Below, piece by piece: positions 27,010 to 36,374 of a stretch of 64,000 nucleotides of DNA (position 1 is the first letter of the stretch; each line of letters starts with the position of its first letter). The translations under genes were made by a program, and so were the position numbers. This DNA is from Patescibacteria group bacterium. Lineage in GTDB: Bacteria > Patescibacteriota > Microgenomatia > UBA10105 > UBA927. A model generated the notes under the pieces. The model saw nothing but the letters and a program-made list of their open reading frames with translations, was not told where the DNA came from and made no database searches. The DNA lies in the NCBI GenBank assembly GCA_041753515.1, contig JBGSUE010000040.1:8290-72289 (forward strand), written 5' to 3'.

Positions 27010-27444
27010 CTATTGGGTATCGCGCACGCGGTCACCGGTTTCAACCTCTTCAGACTGCGGGGTAACCATACCCTGAAAAACCGCAGCCAATATTCCAGCT
27101 GAACAGATTGAAAACAGAATCGGCAGTACAACCGTGAGGTAGTACATATTACCGATAAACGTGAAAATCGATGCCACTCCGACCAAAATGTGAACGGCAA
27201 TCATCCCATTTTTTCCGTTACCGTCTGTCCAGCCCCATGACAATGCAATCCCCAAAATTCCGATCAGGAGGAAACACATGTATCCCAAGAAAATCCACAC
27301 TTCGTGAAGCGGATTTCCACCTGAAAGATTGACGCCAGCAACGATCGCCAGCATCAGATTTCCAACAACACCTGCGGTCGGGAGGATTCCCAACCCCATG
27401 GCGGCCGCAAGTTGCAGCCGTTGTTCAGCAGACAGTTTGTTCAT
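27010..27444 (-). CDS. small membrane protein (4 TM), hypothetical
   Basis: Hydrophobic segments throughout. No recognisable domain. Confidence 0.5.
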   Translation of the reverse strand: MNKLSAEQRLQLAAAMGLGILPTAGVVGNLMLAIVAGVNLSGGNPLHEVWIFLGYMCFLLIGILGIALSWGWTDGNGKNGMIAVHILVGVASIFTFIGNMYYLTVVLPILFSICSAGILAAVFQGMVTPQSEEVETGDRVRDTQ

Positions 27445-27629
27445 TTTTTACTCCTCTTATGTGAATTTTTGAAAAACGCCGGAGATGAAGAGAATTATGT
27501 CTCACCATATCCGGCGTTTCCATCTGAGGAGTATGTGTATGCCTTGTTAATGTACTGGAAGAAACACGATATATTTAAAGCCAGCAAGATAGACTCACAT
27601 CATGATCAACCTGGCCAGGAGTCTATCAA

Positions 27630-27653
27630 AAGAAGAAGAAGAAGAAGAAGAAG
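27630..27653. repeat. (AAG)8 trinucleotide microsatellite in the divergent intergenic region
   Basis: Direct reading. The track ORF 27412-27711 (KRRRRRRRSQ) is an artefact of it. Confidence 0.8.
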
Positions 27654-27716
27654 TCAAGACTATAGGGCTAATTTCGAGGCTGGAAACGGACACCATAATC
27701 CGATAAAATAGAGCGT

Positions 27717-29363
27717 ATGGTCATGAAAAAATATTTTGAACCCGTCTTTGTCGCCCTCTTCATCATCTTCATGACGGCGGTCAACCTGTGGCACGTGATC
27801 TACCACGCACAATCACGGCCGCCAAATACGGTATATGTGGGCATCTCCCACCACTACGAAGACTACTTCTACTACCTCTCCCAACTCACCCAGGGAGCGC
27901 AAAAATCGTGGGAAGTGAAAAATCTCTACACATCCGAACCCATCCCGGCGACTCCTCTCTGGTGGGTAAATATTATACTCGGAAAAGTGTCAGCACTCCT
28001 ACATGTCCCTGTATTTACCGTATATACAGCATCGCTTTTTGCCGCGACGCCACTACTTTTGGCAACGCTGTACCTGGGCTCGCGTATGCTTTTTCCAAAA
28101 AATACTAACCTTCGTCTGGGGACTCTCCTCATAACTGTTCTTGCAACAGCAGGTTATAGATATATTGACGGTCGGATTGATCCAATTGTGTATTTCTATA
28201 ACTATACGAGCTCTCTCAACAGGCTTGGCGGTGTCACGCATCTCATGCTCCAAAACATCCTGTCTCTTCTGATCATTCTTTATGGCTCCGCGATCATTGA
28301 ATCCGACAAAAAAATAAGTAGAAATACCCTTATTGTGAGCATAAGCGCATTCCTTCTGGCTTTCATCAACCCCGTATATGTTGTCCTTGATGCTGTGGCA
28401 ATCTCGCTTGTTGCGCTAACCCGTATTCGCAGAAAACTTCTCACGAGTGCCCTTATTATCGGCATTCCACTGCTGATTCCATATATCCTCATGCAACGCA
28501 CATTTGATATCCCCTTCTACCAGTATTTCCGCTGGTGGGAGTCATCGGTCCTTCGCGCCCCCACATACAACTTTTGGCACTCGTACGGCATCCTCATCTA
28601 TCTTCTCCCTTTGGGGGTTATCCCATTTTTAAAAAAAGGCGGGGCTCTGCGGTGGACCGGACTTGTCTGGGCAGTTCTCCCAGTCATCATGTATTGGTCC
28701 CCCATCCCCGGCATTCTCCACATCCCGGTCTTCCGTCTCACCCAGCCGCCACAGTACCTAATCCTCGGGGCCATTGCAGCGGAGGGCTTATGGATCCTTT
28801 GTCATCCCGAACTTGTTTCGGGATCCCGTTTCATTAACTGGATGCTGAAACGAGTTCAGCATGACGGGAAAAAAATATACAATCATAATAATTCTAAAAT
28901 AATTCTATTTTGGTTATTAACTACTCTATTTCTCATTAATCAATACCCGATGCTCTACGAGGAAGTGCGGGCGCGGCGCGACAACTACACCCTTATCTCA
29001 TGGCTCAACCATATGGATAAAAACCTGTACGAAGGACTTATGACTTTTTCTACCATGCCGCATAATCAGATAGCTCTTGCATTCAACAATCTGGAACTCA
29101 TCGTGCCGGCAATTTCGGGACACACAGTTTACCAGGCCCACCGGTCGCTGACCCTTGAGTATCCGCGCAAAATCGGTGAGGCAGCAACATTTTTCACTAT
29201 GCAGCTTACCCCGTCCGATGCGCTGTCATTTCTTAAAACCAACACCATCGGCTACATCCTCTGGAGAAAATCAGACGGCGACAGACGCGAATTTGAGGCA
29301 TACTATCCATTCCTCACTAAAACCTATGAAAATTCTACTCTCATCATCTATACTGTGCAGTAA
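27717..29363 (+). CDS. GT-C-like paralog family member 3
   Basis: PPNTVYVGISHHYEDYFYYLSQLTQGAQKSWEVKNLYTSEP. C-terminus YYPFLTKTYENSTLIIYTVQ. Confidence 0.55.
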   Translation: MVMKKYFEPVFVALFIIFMTAVNLWHVIYHAQSRPPNTVYVGISHHYEDYFYYLSQLTQGAQKSWEVKNLYTSEPIPATPLWWVNIILGKVSALLHVPVFTVYTASLFAATPLLLATLYLGSRMLFPKNTNLRLGTLLITVLATAGYRYIDGRIDPIVYFYNYTSSLNRLGGVTHLMLQNILSLLIILYGSAIIESDKKISRNTLIVSISAFLLAFINPVYVVLDAVAISLVALTRIRRKLLTSALIIGIPLLIPYILMQRTFDIPFYQYFRWWESSVLRAPTYNFWHSYGILIYLLPLGVIPFLKKGGALRWTGLVWAVLPVIMYWSPIPGILHIPVFRLTQPPQYLILGAIAAEGLWILCHPELVSGSRFINWMLKRVQHDGKKIYNHNNSKIILFWLLTTLFLINQYPMLYEEVRARRDNYTLISWLNHMDKNLYEGLMTFSTMPHNQIALAFNNLELIVPAISGHTVYQAHRSLTLEYPRKIGEAATFFTMQLTPSDALSFLKTNTIGYILWRKSDGDRREFEAYYPFLTKTYENSTLIIYTVQ

Positions 29364-30574
29364 TGCACAATAAGCACTTCATCATTCTTCTTCTTTGTGC
29401 CGGATTCCTGTTCAGATTGTACTTCTTTTCCTGGACGGAAACGCGCCTTATCCATGATATGGAAACCAACCATACGCATGCTCTGACTCTCATGGAGGGT
29501 AAGATTGCCACCGACTGCTGCAATAAAAACGTGGAATATAGCATGTTTTTGGCAATAATCTACTCTATCTTTAAAACCACAGAATTGTATCCCGTCAAAA
29601 TACTCCAGATTCTCATGGATGTTTCGACAGGATTCCTGCTGTATCTCACTGCACAAAAAATCAACAAAAAATCAGCTATTCCTGTACTCATCCTCTATCT
29701 GTTCAATCCGTTGACCAGCGCATTTACCGGATTACGGCTTGCCGAAATACTTACGATTTGGTACATCACACTTATTGCGTACGTTCTCACACTCAAAAAA
29801 TCACCGCTCCTATGGCTGGCAGTCGGACTACTTCTCGGAAATCTCGTATTCGTGAGGCTCCAATTCTTTTACTTCTCCGTAGTCTTTATTATATTATTGG
29901 TATTACAAAATAAATTCCGGCTGAGTGTTTTTATTTTACTGTGTTCCGGATTTCTTCTGGGTAGTGCCTATATGCCTATTGCCAATTATGCCAATTACGG
30001 AAAAGCGTCCTTCACCCCGCCATACAACTGGATGTGGGGAGTGGGACTGTATTCCAATTTTTACCGCGAAACGCGCAAGAGCGAAATAGAATCACCGCTC
30101 AATAAAACGCCAAATCTCACCGAATGGCGGATTTTCGATGAATACCTGTACGCGGATTCGCTTGAAACAACTGCCAATCTCGAAAAAAAATACAAAGCAC
30201 TTTTTATAGAAAAAATCCGTACAGATTGGCTCCTGTTTACGAAACACCAGATGCAGAATATCATATGGTTGTGGGATAAAAACCACCTATCCGAATACAT
30301 CGACCCATACTACCCTGCCAATGAAATCCCTGTTCGTATATATAATTTCATATTATTGGTTTTGTCTGTATTTGGATTTTCGCACTACGCAAAGCGAAAA
30401 ACTCTCCGCGACCCCTTTTCCCTTTTGACCTTTTCCCTGTTTCTGTATATCACGTTCATGTTTTCCCTCGTTTCAAACGAATCCCGCCAGACTCTTGCGT
30501 TTTATCCCCTCATCTTCCTCTGGGCCGGATACGGAATATCAAATACATTTAGTTTTAAAACTGATCAATCCTAA
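29363..30574 (+). CDS. ArnT/PMT_2-like GT-C membrane glycosyltransferase
   Basis: LLYLTAQKINKKSAIPVLILYLFNPLTSAFTGLRLAEIL is paralogous to 48611-49885 and 54275-55522. Confidence 0.55.
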   Translation: MHNKHFIILLLCAGFLFRLYFFSWTETRLIHDMETNHTHALTLMEGKIATDCCNKNVEYSMFLAIIYSIFKTTELYPVKILQILMDVSTGFLLYLTAQKINKKSAIPVLILYLFNPLTSAFTGLRLAEILTIWYITLIAYVLTLKKSPLLWLAVGLLLGNLVFVRLQFFYFSVVFIILLVLQNKFRLSVFILLCSGFLLGSAYMPIANYANYGKASFTPPYNWMWGVGLYSNFYRETRKSEIESPLNKTPNLTEWRIFDEYLYADSLETTANLEKKYKALFIEKIRTDWLLFTKHQMQNIIWLWDKNHLSEYIDPYYPANEIPVRIYNFILLVLSVFGFSHYAKRKTLRDPFSLLTFSLFLYITFMFSLVSNESRQTLAFYPLIFLWAGYGISNTFSFKTDQS

Positions 30575-30580
30575 CAAAGG

Positions 30581-30680
30581 ATGTCATCGCGAGCCAAGCT
30601 CAGCTTGGCGTGGCGATCTAAATCGGAATTCAAATCATCCCCACGGGATTGCTTCTCCGTGGGAACGGTATCGCAATGAC
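30581..30680. repeat. inverted-repeat element E8 (type B: TGTCATCGCGAG...GGCGTGGCGATC...GGGATTGCTTC...TCGCAATGACA)
   Basis: Contains the internal palindromes gccaagctcagcttggc and cccacggg...ccgtggg. Confidence 0.7.
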
Positions 30681-30781
30681 ATTTTTCTTTGAAAATTTCT
30701 GAATCTGTAGAGAATATATATTTCAGATGAATCATGATTCAATCAACTTGGTATTCATTATCGTAAAGTATAATGTAGTTC

Positions 30782-32170
30782 ATGAATATACTAGTAAAAA
30801 TTCTTATTGGTATCACGACGGGGGTACTCATCATCCACTTCCTGTTCGCATGGATGGTCACCAATGTCGACACATCCTACTTTCATGCATTTGCCAACTA
30901 CATCCGGACTGGTGTGTATGAACACTTCATGCTCTATGAATACAAAAAACCGCTCACCAATAATGCACCACTGTACAGTGTTTTGCTTGCGTCCGTTTAC
31001 GCGTTTCCCTCATCCGATATCCTCCTTCATGCCGTCCAGCTTGCCATGCTCGTCCACACCGGATATATGGTCTTCCGGATGCTTCTTCGATATACCGGAA
31101 AATCATTGGCAATCATCAGCGGCTCTATAACAATTCTTATCCCGGGAAACCTAGCGTATGCATCCCACATCATGAGTGAAATCACCATGCAGTATTTTTT
31201 TACCTCCTATATGTACCTCCTATGGGAAAATGTCCACACAAAAAAAACATCATACCTAACCCAGGCTGTATTCATGGGGTTTGCCATGGGTCTCGTCCGG
31301 TACTCATACATCATCTGCGGTCCACTTGCACTAGCCTATCTTCTTCGGACTCACAGAAAAATCGACAAAACATATATTTTTCCGGCAGTTGGCATTGTGG
31401 TCATCCTTGTCTGGATGTTGGTCCACAAAGGGATAACCGGAGTTTTTGGTTTGTCGGACTTCTCACGATTACGGTACAACATGGTCATGATGTATGAAGC
31501 GCAGGTAAGTCCTCCGGAGGCGGACCCTTCAACTATAGAACTGCATTCGTTTCTGCCGGAAGGATTTGACCTGAGAAAACCTTTTTGGGAATTTGAACCC
31601 TATATCAATCCGATAACCGGCAATGATTTTCAGGAACTGGACCGGATTGTGGGTTCAGCCGGTATTGCAGCACTTCGATCACACCCGGAAAAACTCATAA
31701 CGATTGCATTCTATAATTTTTTCAAACTCCACAACGTAGATTACCCCCACCAGACGCCCTATTCTCCAAGCCTTGCAGACTTCGGTAATCCGGATGCTGA
31801 ATTTCCCAACTATTGCACAACATTTAAAACATTGCGTACCTGCGAACCGATCATTTCACTCCCCTTTTCGGTGCCTGTCTGGAATAGTATATTTATTCTC
31901 TTCAACTGGTTTTACCGGTTTATATTCCCCATCTGGAGCATCTGGATATTTTTTCCGGCACTTTTCTATAGTCTGGCGAAAAACAGGAAAACACGTTTGT
32001 TGGCTTTGTTTTATATTGCTGCCCGCATACCGATAGCAGTCTTCACGTTTCCCCATGCCCGTTATCTTGTCCCGTTCTACCCGGTCATGATGATGATGAC
32101 AATGCTGTTTCTTTCTGATGCCGTACGATTGTTTCGTAATACGTATACGTCTTTCTCAATCCGTCCATAA
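30782..32170 (+). CDS. polytopic membrane protein, possible GT-C-like
   Basis: 462 aa with about 12 TM segments. No confident motif. Confidence 0.4.
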   Translation: MNILVKILIGITTGVLIIHFLFAWMVTNVDTSYFHAFANYIRTGVYEHFMLYEYKKPLTNNAPLYSVLLASVYAFPSSDILLHAVQLAMLVHTGYMVFRMLLRYTGKSLAIISGSITILIPGNLAYASHIMSEITMQYFFTSYMYLLWENVHTKKTSYLTQAVFMGFAMGLVRYSYIICGPLALAYLLRTHRKIDKTYIFPAVGIVVILVWMLVHKGITGVFGLSDFSRLRYNMVMMYEAQVSPPEADPSTIELHSFLPEGFDLRKPFWEFEPYINPITGNDFQELDRIVGSAGIAALRSHPEKLITIAFYNFFKLHNVDYPHQTPYSPSLADFGNPDAEFPNYCTTFKTLRTCEPIISLPFSVPVWNSIFILFNWFYRFIFPIWSIWIFFPALFYSLAKNRKTRLLALFYIAARIPIAVFTFPHARYLVPFYPVMMMMTMLFLSDAVRLFRNTYTSFSIRP

Positions 32171-33014
32171 GTCCGGTTCGCGGTGTCCATTTCAGATTCT
32201 CCTGCGCATAAGAAATATCTGCCAGAGATTGGAATATATCATGTGCGTGACGAGTTTTATATTGAATCCGCAACGGCTGTTTATGCAAAGTTTCCACCAT
32301 CTCCACAAGACTGCGTATGGATGTTTTTGTGCCTGAAGCAATATTGTACACACCGCCTGCTTTCATCGTGTATGCCCGGTAATTTGCTTCTGCGACATCC
32401 TCAACATACACAAAATCCCTTGTTTGATATCCATCCCGTATGACAATATTTTTCCCTGATACCGCTCTTGAGATAATTGTAGGTATGGCTGCATGTGTTC
32501 GGGTAGTTTGGCCGGGACCATACACATTGAAATACCGTACTATCGTTTTTGTGATTTTACCTGTTTTGGCAATGTGTTCAAGCTCCCGTTCTATGGCATA
32601 CTTACTTTTTCCGTATGGAGACAGAATCCGGATAGGCGCGGTTTCGGACGTCGGGATTGAATCAGGATTACCATAGATATGGGCGCTTGACGCAAAAATA
32701 ATCTGACCGGTTCCAGATGCAGCGGCAATGGAAAAAAGGTTTTTTGCAATTGTCACATCCCGGTCTGATTTCTCCGGGTGAAGGACCGATTCAGGAACGC
32801 TCACAAGCTCGCTTGCTAGGTGTATAAGGCAATAAGGCCGGTATTTCCTGAATATTTCGGCAAGTTTGGATGTGTCCTTCAGGTCAACGACGACAGAATT
32901 GTCAGATGGATTGCGGTCCAGTCCAACAACGGGGATATTTTTTCTGCTAAAATAGTGTGCAACATGCCGGCCGATGAAACCGGATGATCCAGTAACGAGA
33001 ACCGTACGACCCAT
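32085..33014 (-). CDS. NAD-dependent epimerase/dehydratase (start trimmed to MGRTVLVTGSSGFIG)
   Basis: Rossmann motif VLVTGSSGFIGRH. YGKSK is YxxxK. Confidence 0.8.
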   Translation of the reverse strand: MGRTVLVTGSSGFIGRHVAHYFSRKNIPVVGLDRNPSDNSVVVDLKDTSKLAEIFRKYRPYCLIHLASELVSVPESVLHPEKSDRDVTIAKNLFSIAAASGTGQIIFASSAHIYGNPDSIPTSETAPIRILSPYGKSKYAIERELEHIAKTGKITKTIVRYFNVYGPGQTTRTHAAIPTIISRAVSGKNIVIRDGYQTRDFVYVEDVAEANYRAYTMKAGGVYNIASGTKTSIRSLVEMVETLHKQPLRIQYKTRHAHDIFQSLADISYAQENLKWTPRTGLMDGLRKTYTYYETIVRHQKETALSSSS

Positions 33015-33777
33015 GAACATTACAGTATCACTCATTATCCCCTTTTACAATGAGGCCCAAATCCTGCCGCACACGATTGACTGCCTGTTAAAATACAGGG
33101 AGAAAAATCTTAAAAACTGCGAAATTATTTTTGCCGATGACGGATCAACGGATTGTTCTGCCCCAATCATTCGGGATCTTACGAAAAATAAGAAGCACAT
33201 CACGGTGGTTCAAAATCCGGTTAATATGGGACGCGGTGAAGCAATCCGGCGTGCCATGTTGACCGCAAAAGGAAATATCATCGGGTATCTTGATGCGGAT
33301 CTGGAAATCAGTGAAACATACATCTTGCCGATGATACGATGTCTTCACGATGCAGATGCAGTCATTGCGTCAAAATTTGCACACGGAGCACATACCCGTA
33401 CATCGCTCGTACGCAAAATCCCCAGCATTCTCTTTAATTGGATGATACGGAAAATTCTCTCCACGAATATTTCCGATCATCAGGCAGGATGTAAGTTTTT
33501 CAAACGCGAGGTGATTTCCGCCGTACTTCCGCTTACGAACCAATACGGATGGCTATTTGATATTGAGATGCTGTATGGTGCACGACAACATTCATTCACA
33601 ATCGAAGAGTTTCCAATTTCCGTTGCGTACGGCAGAGGCAGTATTCATCCGTCCTTCGTCTTTGACTTTTTACGTCTTCCGGGTGTACTCTTGAATCTTA
33701 AAAGGAACACCCATGAAAACATCCAAAAAAATCCTGATCACAGGCGGAGCCGGATTCATCGGACGCCATCTGACTGA
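33013..33777 (+). CDS. GT2 polyprenyl-phosphate sugar synthase (DPM1-like); start trimmed to MNITVSLIIPFYNE
   Basis: IIFADDGSTDCS...LDADLE...ASKFA. Its ATG (33013-15) overlaps the CAT (33012-14) of the divergent epimerase. Confidence 0.75.
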   Translation: MNITVSLIIPFYNEAQILPHTIDCLLKYREKNLKNCEIIFADDGSTDCSAPIIRDLTKNKKHITVVQNPVNMGRGEAIRRAMLTAKGNIIGYLDADLEISETYILPMIRCLHDADAVIASKFAHGAHTRTSLVRKIPSILFNWMIRKILSTNISDHQAGCKFFKREVISAVLPLTNQYGWLFDIEMLYGARQHSFTIEEFPISVAYGRGSIHPSFVFDFLRLPGVLLNLKRNTHENIQKNPDHRRSRIHRTPSD

Positions 33778-34597
33778 ATACCTTCTGTCCTTAGGCCATA
33801 CAGTCACACTTCTTGACCGCTCGGCAAAATCGGAATTGAAAAATGTCCGATTGATCAGGGGAGACATCACCAACCCGGCAGTGGTTTCCAAATCCATGAA
33901 AGGTCAGGATAGTGTCTACCATCTGGCTGGAGTCCTTGGAACTGAAGAACTTTTATTTGATACGGCCAATGCGGTAAAAATCAACATTCTGGGAGCAATC
34001 AATATTATGGAGGTGGCTGTCAAAAACCGCACAAAACTCATCCTCATTTCAAAACCGAATCCATGGCTCAATACCTATTCCATCACCAAAGAAACATCGG
34101 AAAAATTTGCCATGATGTACAGGAAAGAATTCAATCTCAAGACCGTTATTATCAAATGGTTCAGTGTCTACGGCCCGGGTCAAAAATACGGTCATGTCCA
34201 AAAAGCAGTCCCCACATTTATTATCCGGGCACTGAAGAATAAACCACTTCCTGTGTTTGATAAAGGGCACCAAACGGCAGATTTTATCTATGTTTCAGAT
34301 GCGGCAAAAGCAACTGTGGACGTATCTGAAAATCCACAATCAGAAGGACAAACAGTGGAAATCGGAACCGGTACTGAAACACGGATCATAGATCTGGCCA
34401 AACTCATCATCAAGCTCACGGGAGGCTCATCAAAAATTTCATATGAGCCGATGCGCAAAGGTGAGGACCACAACGCCCGTGTCGTGGCAGATACGTCGCT
34501 TCTTAATAAACTTACGAAGTTCAAACCACTCATAGATCTTGAAACAGGATTACAACACACCATCGACTACTACCGGAGTCTTCTGCGCACACCCTGA
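33713..34597 (+). CDS. NAD-dependent epimerase/dehydratase
   Basis: ILITGGAGFIGRHL. YSITK is YxxxK. Confidence 0.8.
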   Translation: MKTSKKILITGGAGFIGRHLTEYLLSLGHTVTLLDRSAKSELKNVRLIRGDITNPAVVSKSMKGQDSVYHLAGVLGTEELLFDTANAVKINILGAINIMEVAVKNRTKLILISKPNPWLNTYSITKETSEKFAMMYRKEFNLKTVIIKWFSVYGPGQKYGHVQKAVPTFIIRALKNKPLPVFDKGHQTADFIYVSDAAKATVDVSENPQSEGQTVEIGTGTETRIIDLAKLIIKLTGGSSKISYEPMRKGEDHNARVVADTSLLNKLTKFKPLIDLETGLQHTIDYYRSLLRTP

Positions 34598-35325
34598 AGA
34601 TACGTGAGGACCGTAAAATATTCATTGATGGTGCGCACCACATTCATCTTACTCTCCCCCTGTTTTTTTCCATAGTCGTAGATAAAAGGAATTTCAGAAA
34701 TTTTTCCGGTAAAAAAAGAAAGTTTTATGAGAAGTTCCGCATTGGCAACAAATCCAAGAGATTGGATAAGACCAAAAAGTCCGAATGATGCGACTGCTTT
34801 CTGGATAATCCGTATTCTGTATGCGCGGTAAAAAATCGTATAATCCCGGACATCTGCGATGGGAAAATAATAACGCAACAGTAAACTTGCAAAGTGGCTA
34901 AATATCCTGCGAGTAAAGGGAAAATTTTTATACGCTCCGCCTGAAACATACCGGGAGGCAATCACGATATCGTTTTGTTTTAACCCTGCAAGTAGAGGCA
35001 CAATCCGATCGACAGCACTCGTCCCATCCGCTTCCATGATAATCATCACATCATCCGGCTGTGCATCTTTTAAAACCCGGGCAATACCAGTGGCAAACAC
35101 CGCGCCTACATTCATATTTGTCCGGTAGGTTTCATATGCCAGTTGTTTTCCTTTGAGTTTTTCAAGGATTTTGAGTGAAGAATCTTTCGATCCGTCATTG
35201 ACCGCTACGATTTTGTGGGGCATTTTTTTGAGCGTCCTGTGAATTTCCCCCACCACCCCCTTAATATTTTCCTCTTCATTAAAAACCGGTAGGACAATAA
35301 AAATCATATCGAAGTCATTATACAC
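34570..35325 (-). CDS. GT2 polyprenyl-phosphate sugar synthase (DPM1-like)
   Basis: IFIVLPVFNEEENI...AVNDGSKDSS...MEADG...ASRY. Confidence 0.8.
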   Translation of the reverse strand: MYNDFDMIFIVLPVFNEEENIKGVVGEIHRTLKKMPHKIVAVNDGSKDSSLKILEKLKGKQLAYETYRTNMNVGAVFATGIARVLKDAQPDDVMIIMEADGTSAVDRIVPLLAGLKQNDIVIASRYVSGGAYKNFPFTRRIFSHFASLLLRYYFPIADVRDYTIFYRAYRIRIIQKAVASFGLFGLIQSLGFVANAELLIKLSFFTGKISEIPFIYDYGKKQGESKMNVVRTINEYFTVLTYLQGVRRRLR

Positions 35326-35334
35326 GAATATAAA

Positions 35335-36288
35335 TTACAAGGATTTCACCCAATCGATGAGGGATGAGAGGCCGGAGGATACACTCACTCTCGGCTCCCA
35401 GGCGAGAAGCTTATTGGCTTTTGAAATATCAGACACGTAGTATGGCTGGTCGCCGGGGCGAACCTTGTCATAAGTTACAGGGATTTTATACCCCAACAGT
35501 TTCTCAAGTTGTGCCAGAATTTGGATGAGATTGACTGCATTTTTCTCTCCCCCGCCAACGTTAAAAATCTGGCCGGAAACCGTCTTTTTGTCGTGAATAG
35601 CCAGATCGTATAATCGGCATAAATCTTCAATATTGAGTAAATCCCGTATCTGATATCCGTCCCCGTAAATGGTAATCGTTTTTTTGGCGATGGCACGGCG
35701 GACAAAGTGCGCGACCCAGCCCTGATCCTCATTCCCGTACTGGTGAACGCCATATATGCAGGATTTCCGGAAAACCACGGTCGGAATTCCAAAAATCCGA
35801 TGGTAATCATGCATGTAGCAGTCGGCTCCACCTTTACTGCAGGCGTAGGGCGAATAGAAATCCAGTGGCTGAGATTCAGAAACAGGTTTATAGTTATTCG
35901 CAAGATCTCCATACACTTTATTTGTGGATGCATAGGTCACCAATGGTCTATTTCCGGATTTTCGTATTTCCTCAAGAAGCGTAAACGTACCGCGCAGGTT
36001 CACCTCAAAATCCGTTTCAGGATCCTCAACGGAGCTTGTGACAGCTACCTGGGCTGCCAAGTGAAGAATTGCATCCTGATTCTTTACCAGACCGGAAAGT
36101 TTTTTTCCGTCCGTAATATCTCCCTTTACGAATCGGATGCTCTTCCCCTCTTTATTAAGCCAGTCGATATTTTTCTCGGAGCCTTTACGCGACAGACTGT
36201 CGTAGACGACTACATTGTTTTTTTTTGAAAAATAATACGCAAGATTGGAACCGATAAATCCGGCACCTCCGGTGATTAAAATGTTCAT
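35335..36288 (-). CDS. NAD-dependent epimerase/dehydratase
   Basis: MNILITGGAGFIGSNL. YACSK is YxxxK. Confidence 0.85.
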   Translation of the reverse strand: MNILITGGAGFIGSNLAYYFSKKNNVVVYDSLSRKGSEKNIDWLNKEGKSIRFVKGDITDGKKLSGLVKNQDAILHLAAQVAVTSSVEDPETDFEVNLRGTFTLLEEIRKSGNRPLVTYASTNKVYGDLANNYKPVSESQPLDFYSPYACSKGGADCYMHDYHRIFGIPTVVFRKSCIYGVHQYGNEDQGWVAHFVRRAIAKKTITIYGDGYQIRDLLNIEDLCRLYDLAIHDKKTVSGQIFNVGGGEKNAVNLIQILAQLEKLLGYKIPVTYDKVRPGDQPYYVSDISKANKLLAWEPRVSVSSGLSSLIDWVKSL

Positions 36289-36326
36289 AAATTATGAATT
36301 ATTAATGATGAATTACGAATGAAGAT
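36289..36326. repeat. heptamer (AATTCRT-type) array directly upstream of the epimerase start at 36288, in reverse orientation on the plus strand
   Basis: ttcataaattatgaattattaatgatgaattacgaatgaag. Confidence 0.6.
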
Positions 36327-36339
36327 ACTTTATCGCAAA

Positions 36340-36368
36340 TTGATTTCATTAGCAAGCTTTGCTACAGT
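36340..36368 (+). promoter_or_regulatory. promoter TTGATT-N17-TACAGT, 6 nt upstream of the ATG at 36375 (leaderless-type)
   Basis: Direct reading of 36340-36374. Confidence 0.45.
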
Positions 36369-36374
36369 TGGTTC

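Noticed and set aside
27412-27711. Track ORF containing KRRRRRRRSQ
   Set aside because: It is an artefact of translating the (AAG)8 microsatellite in an intergenic region.
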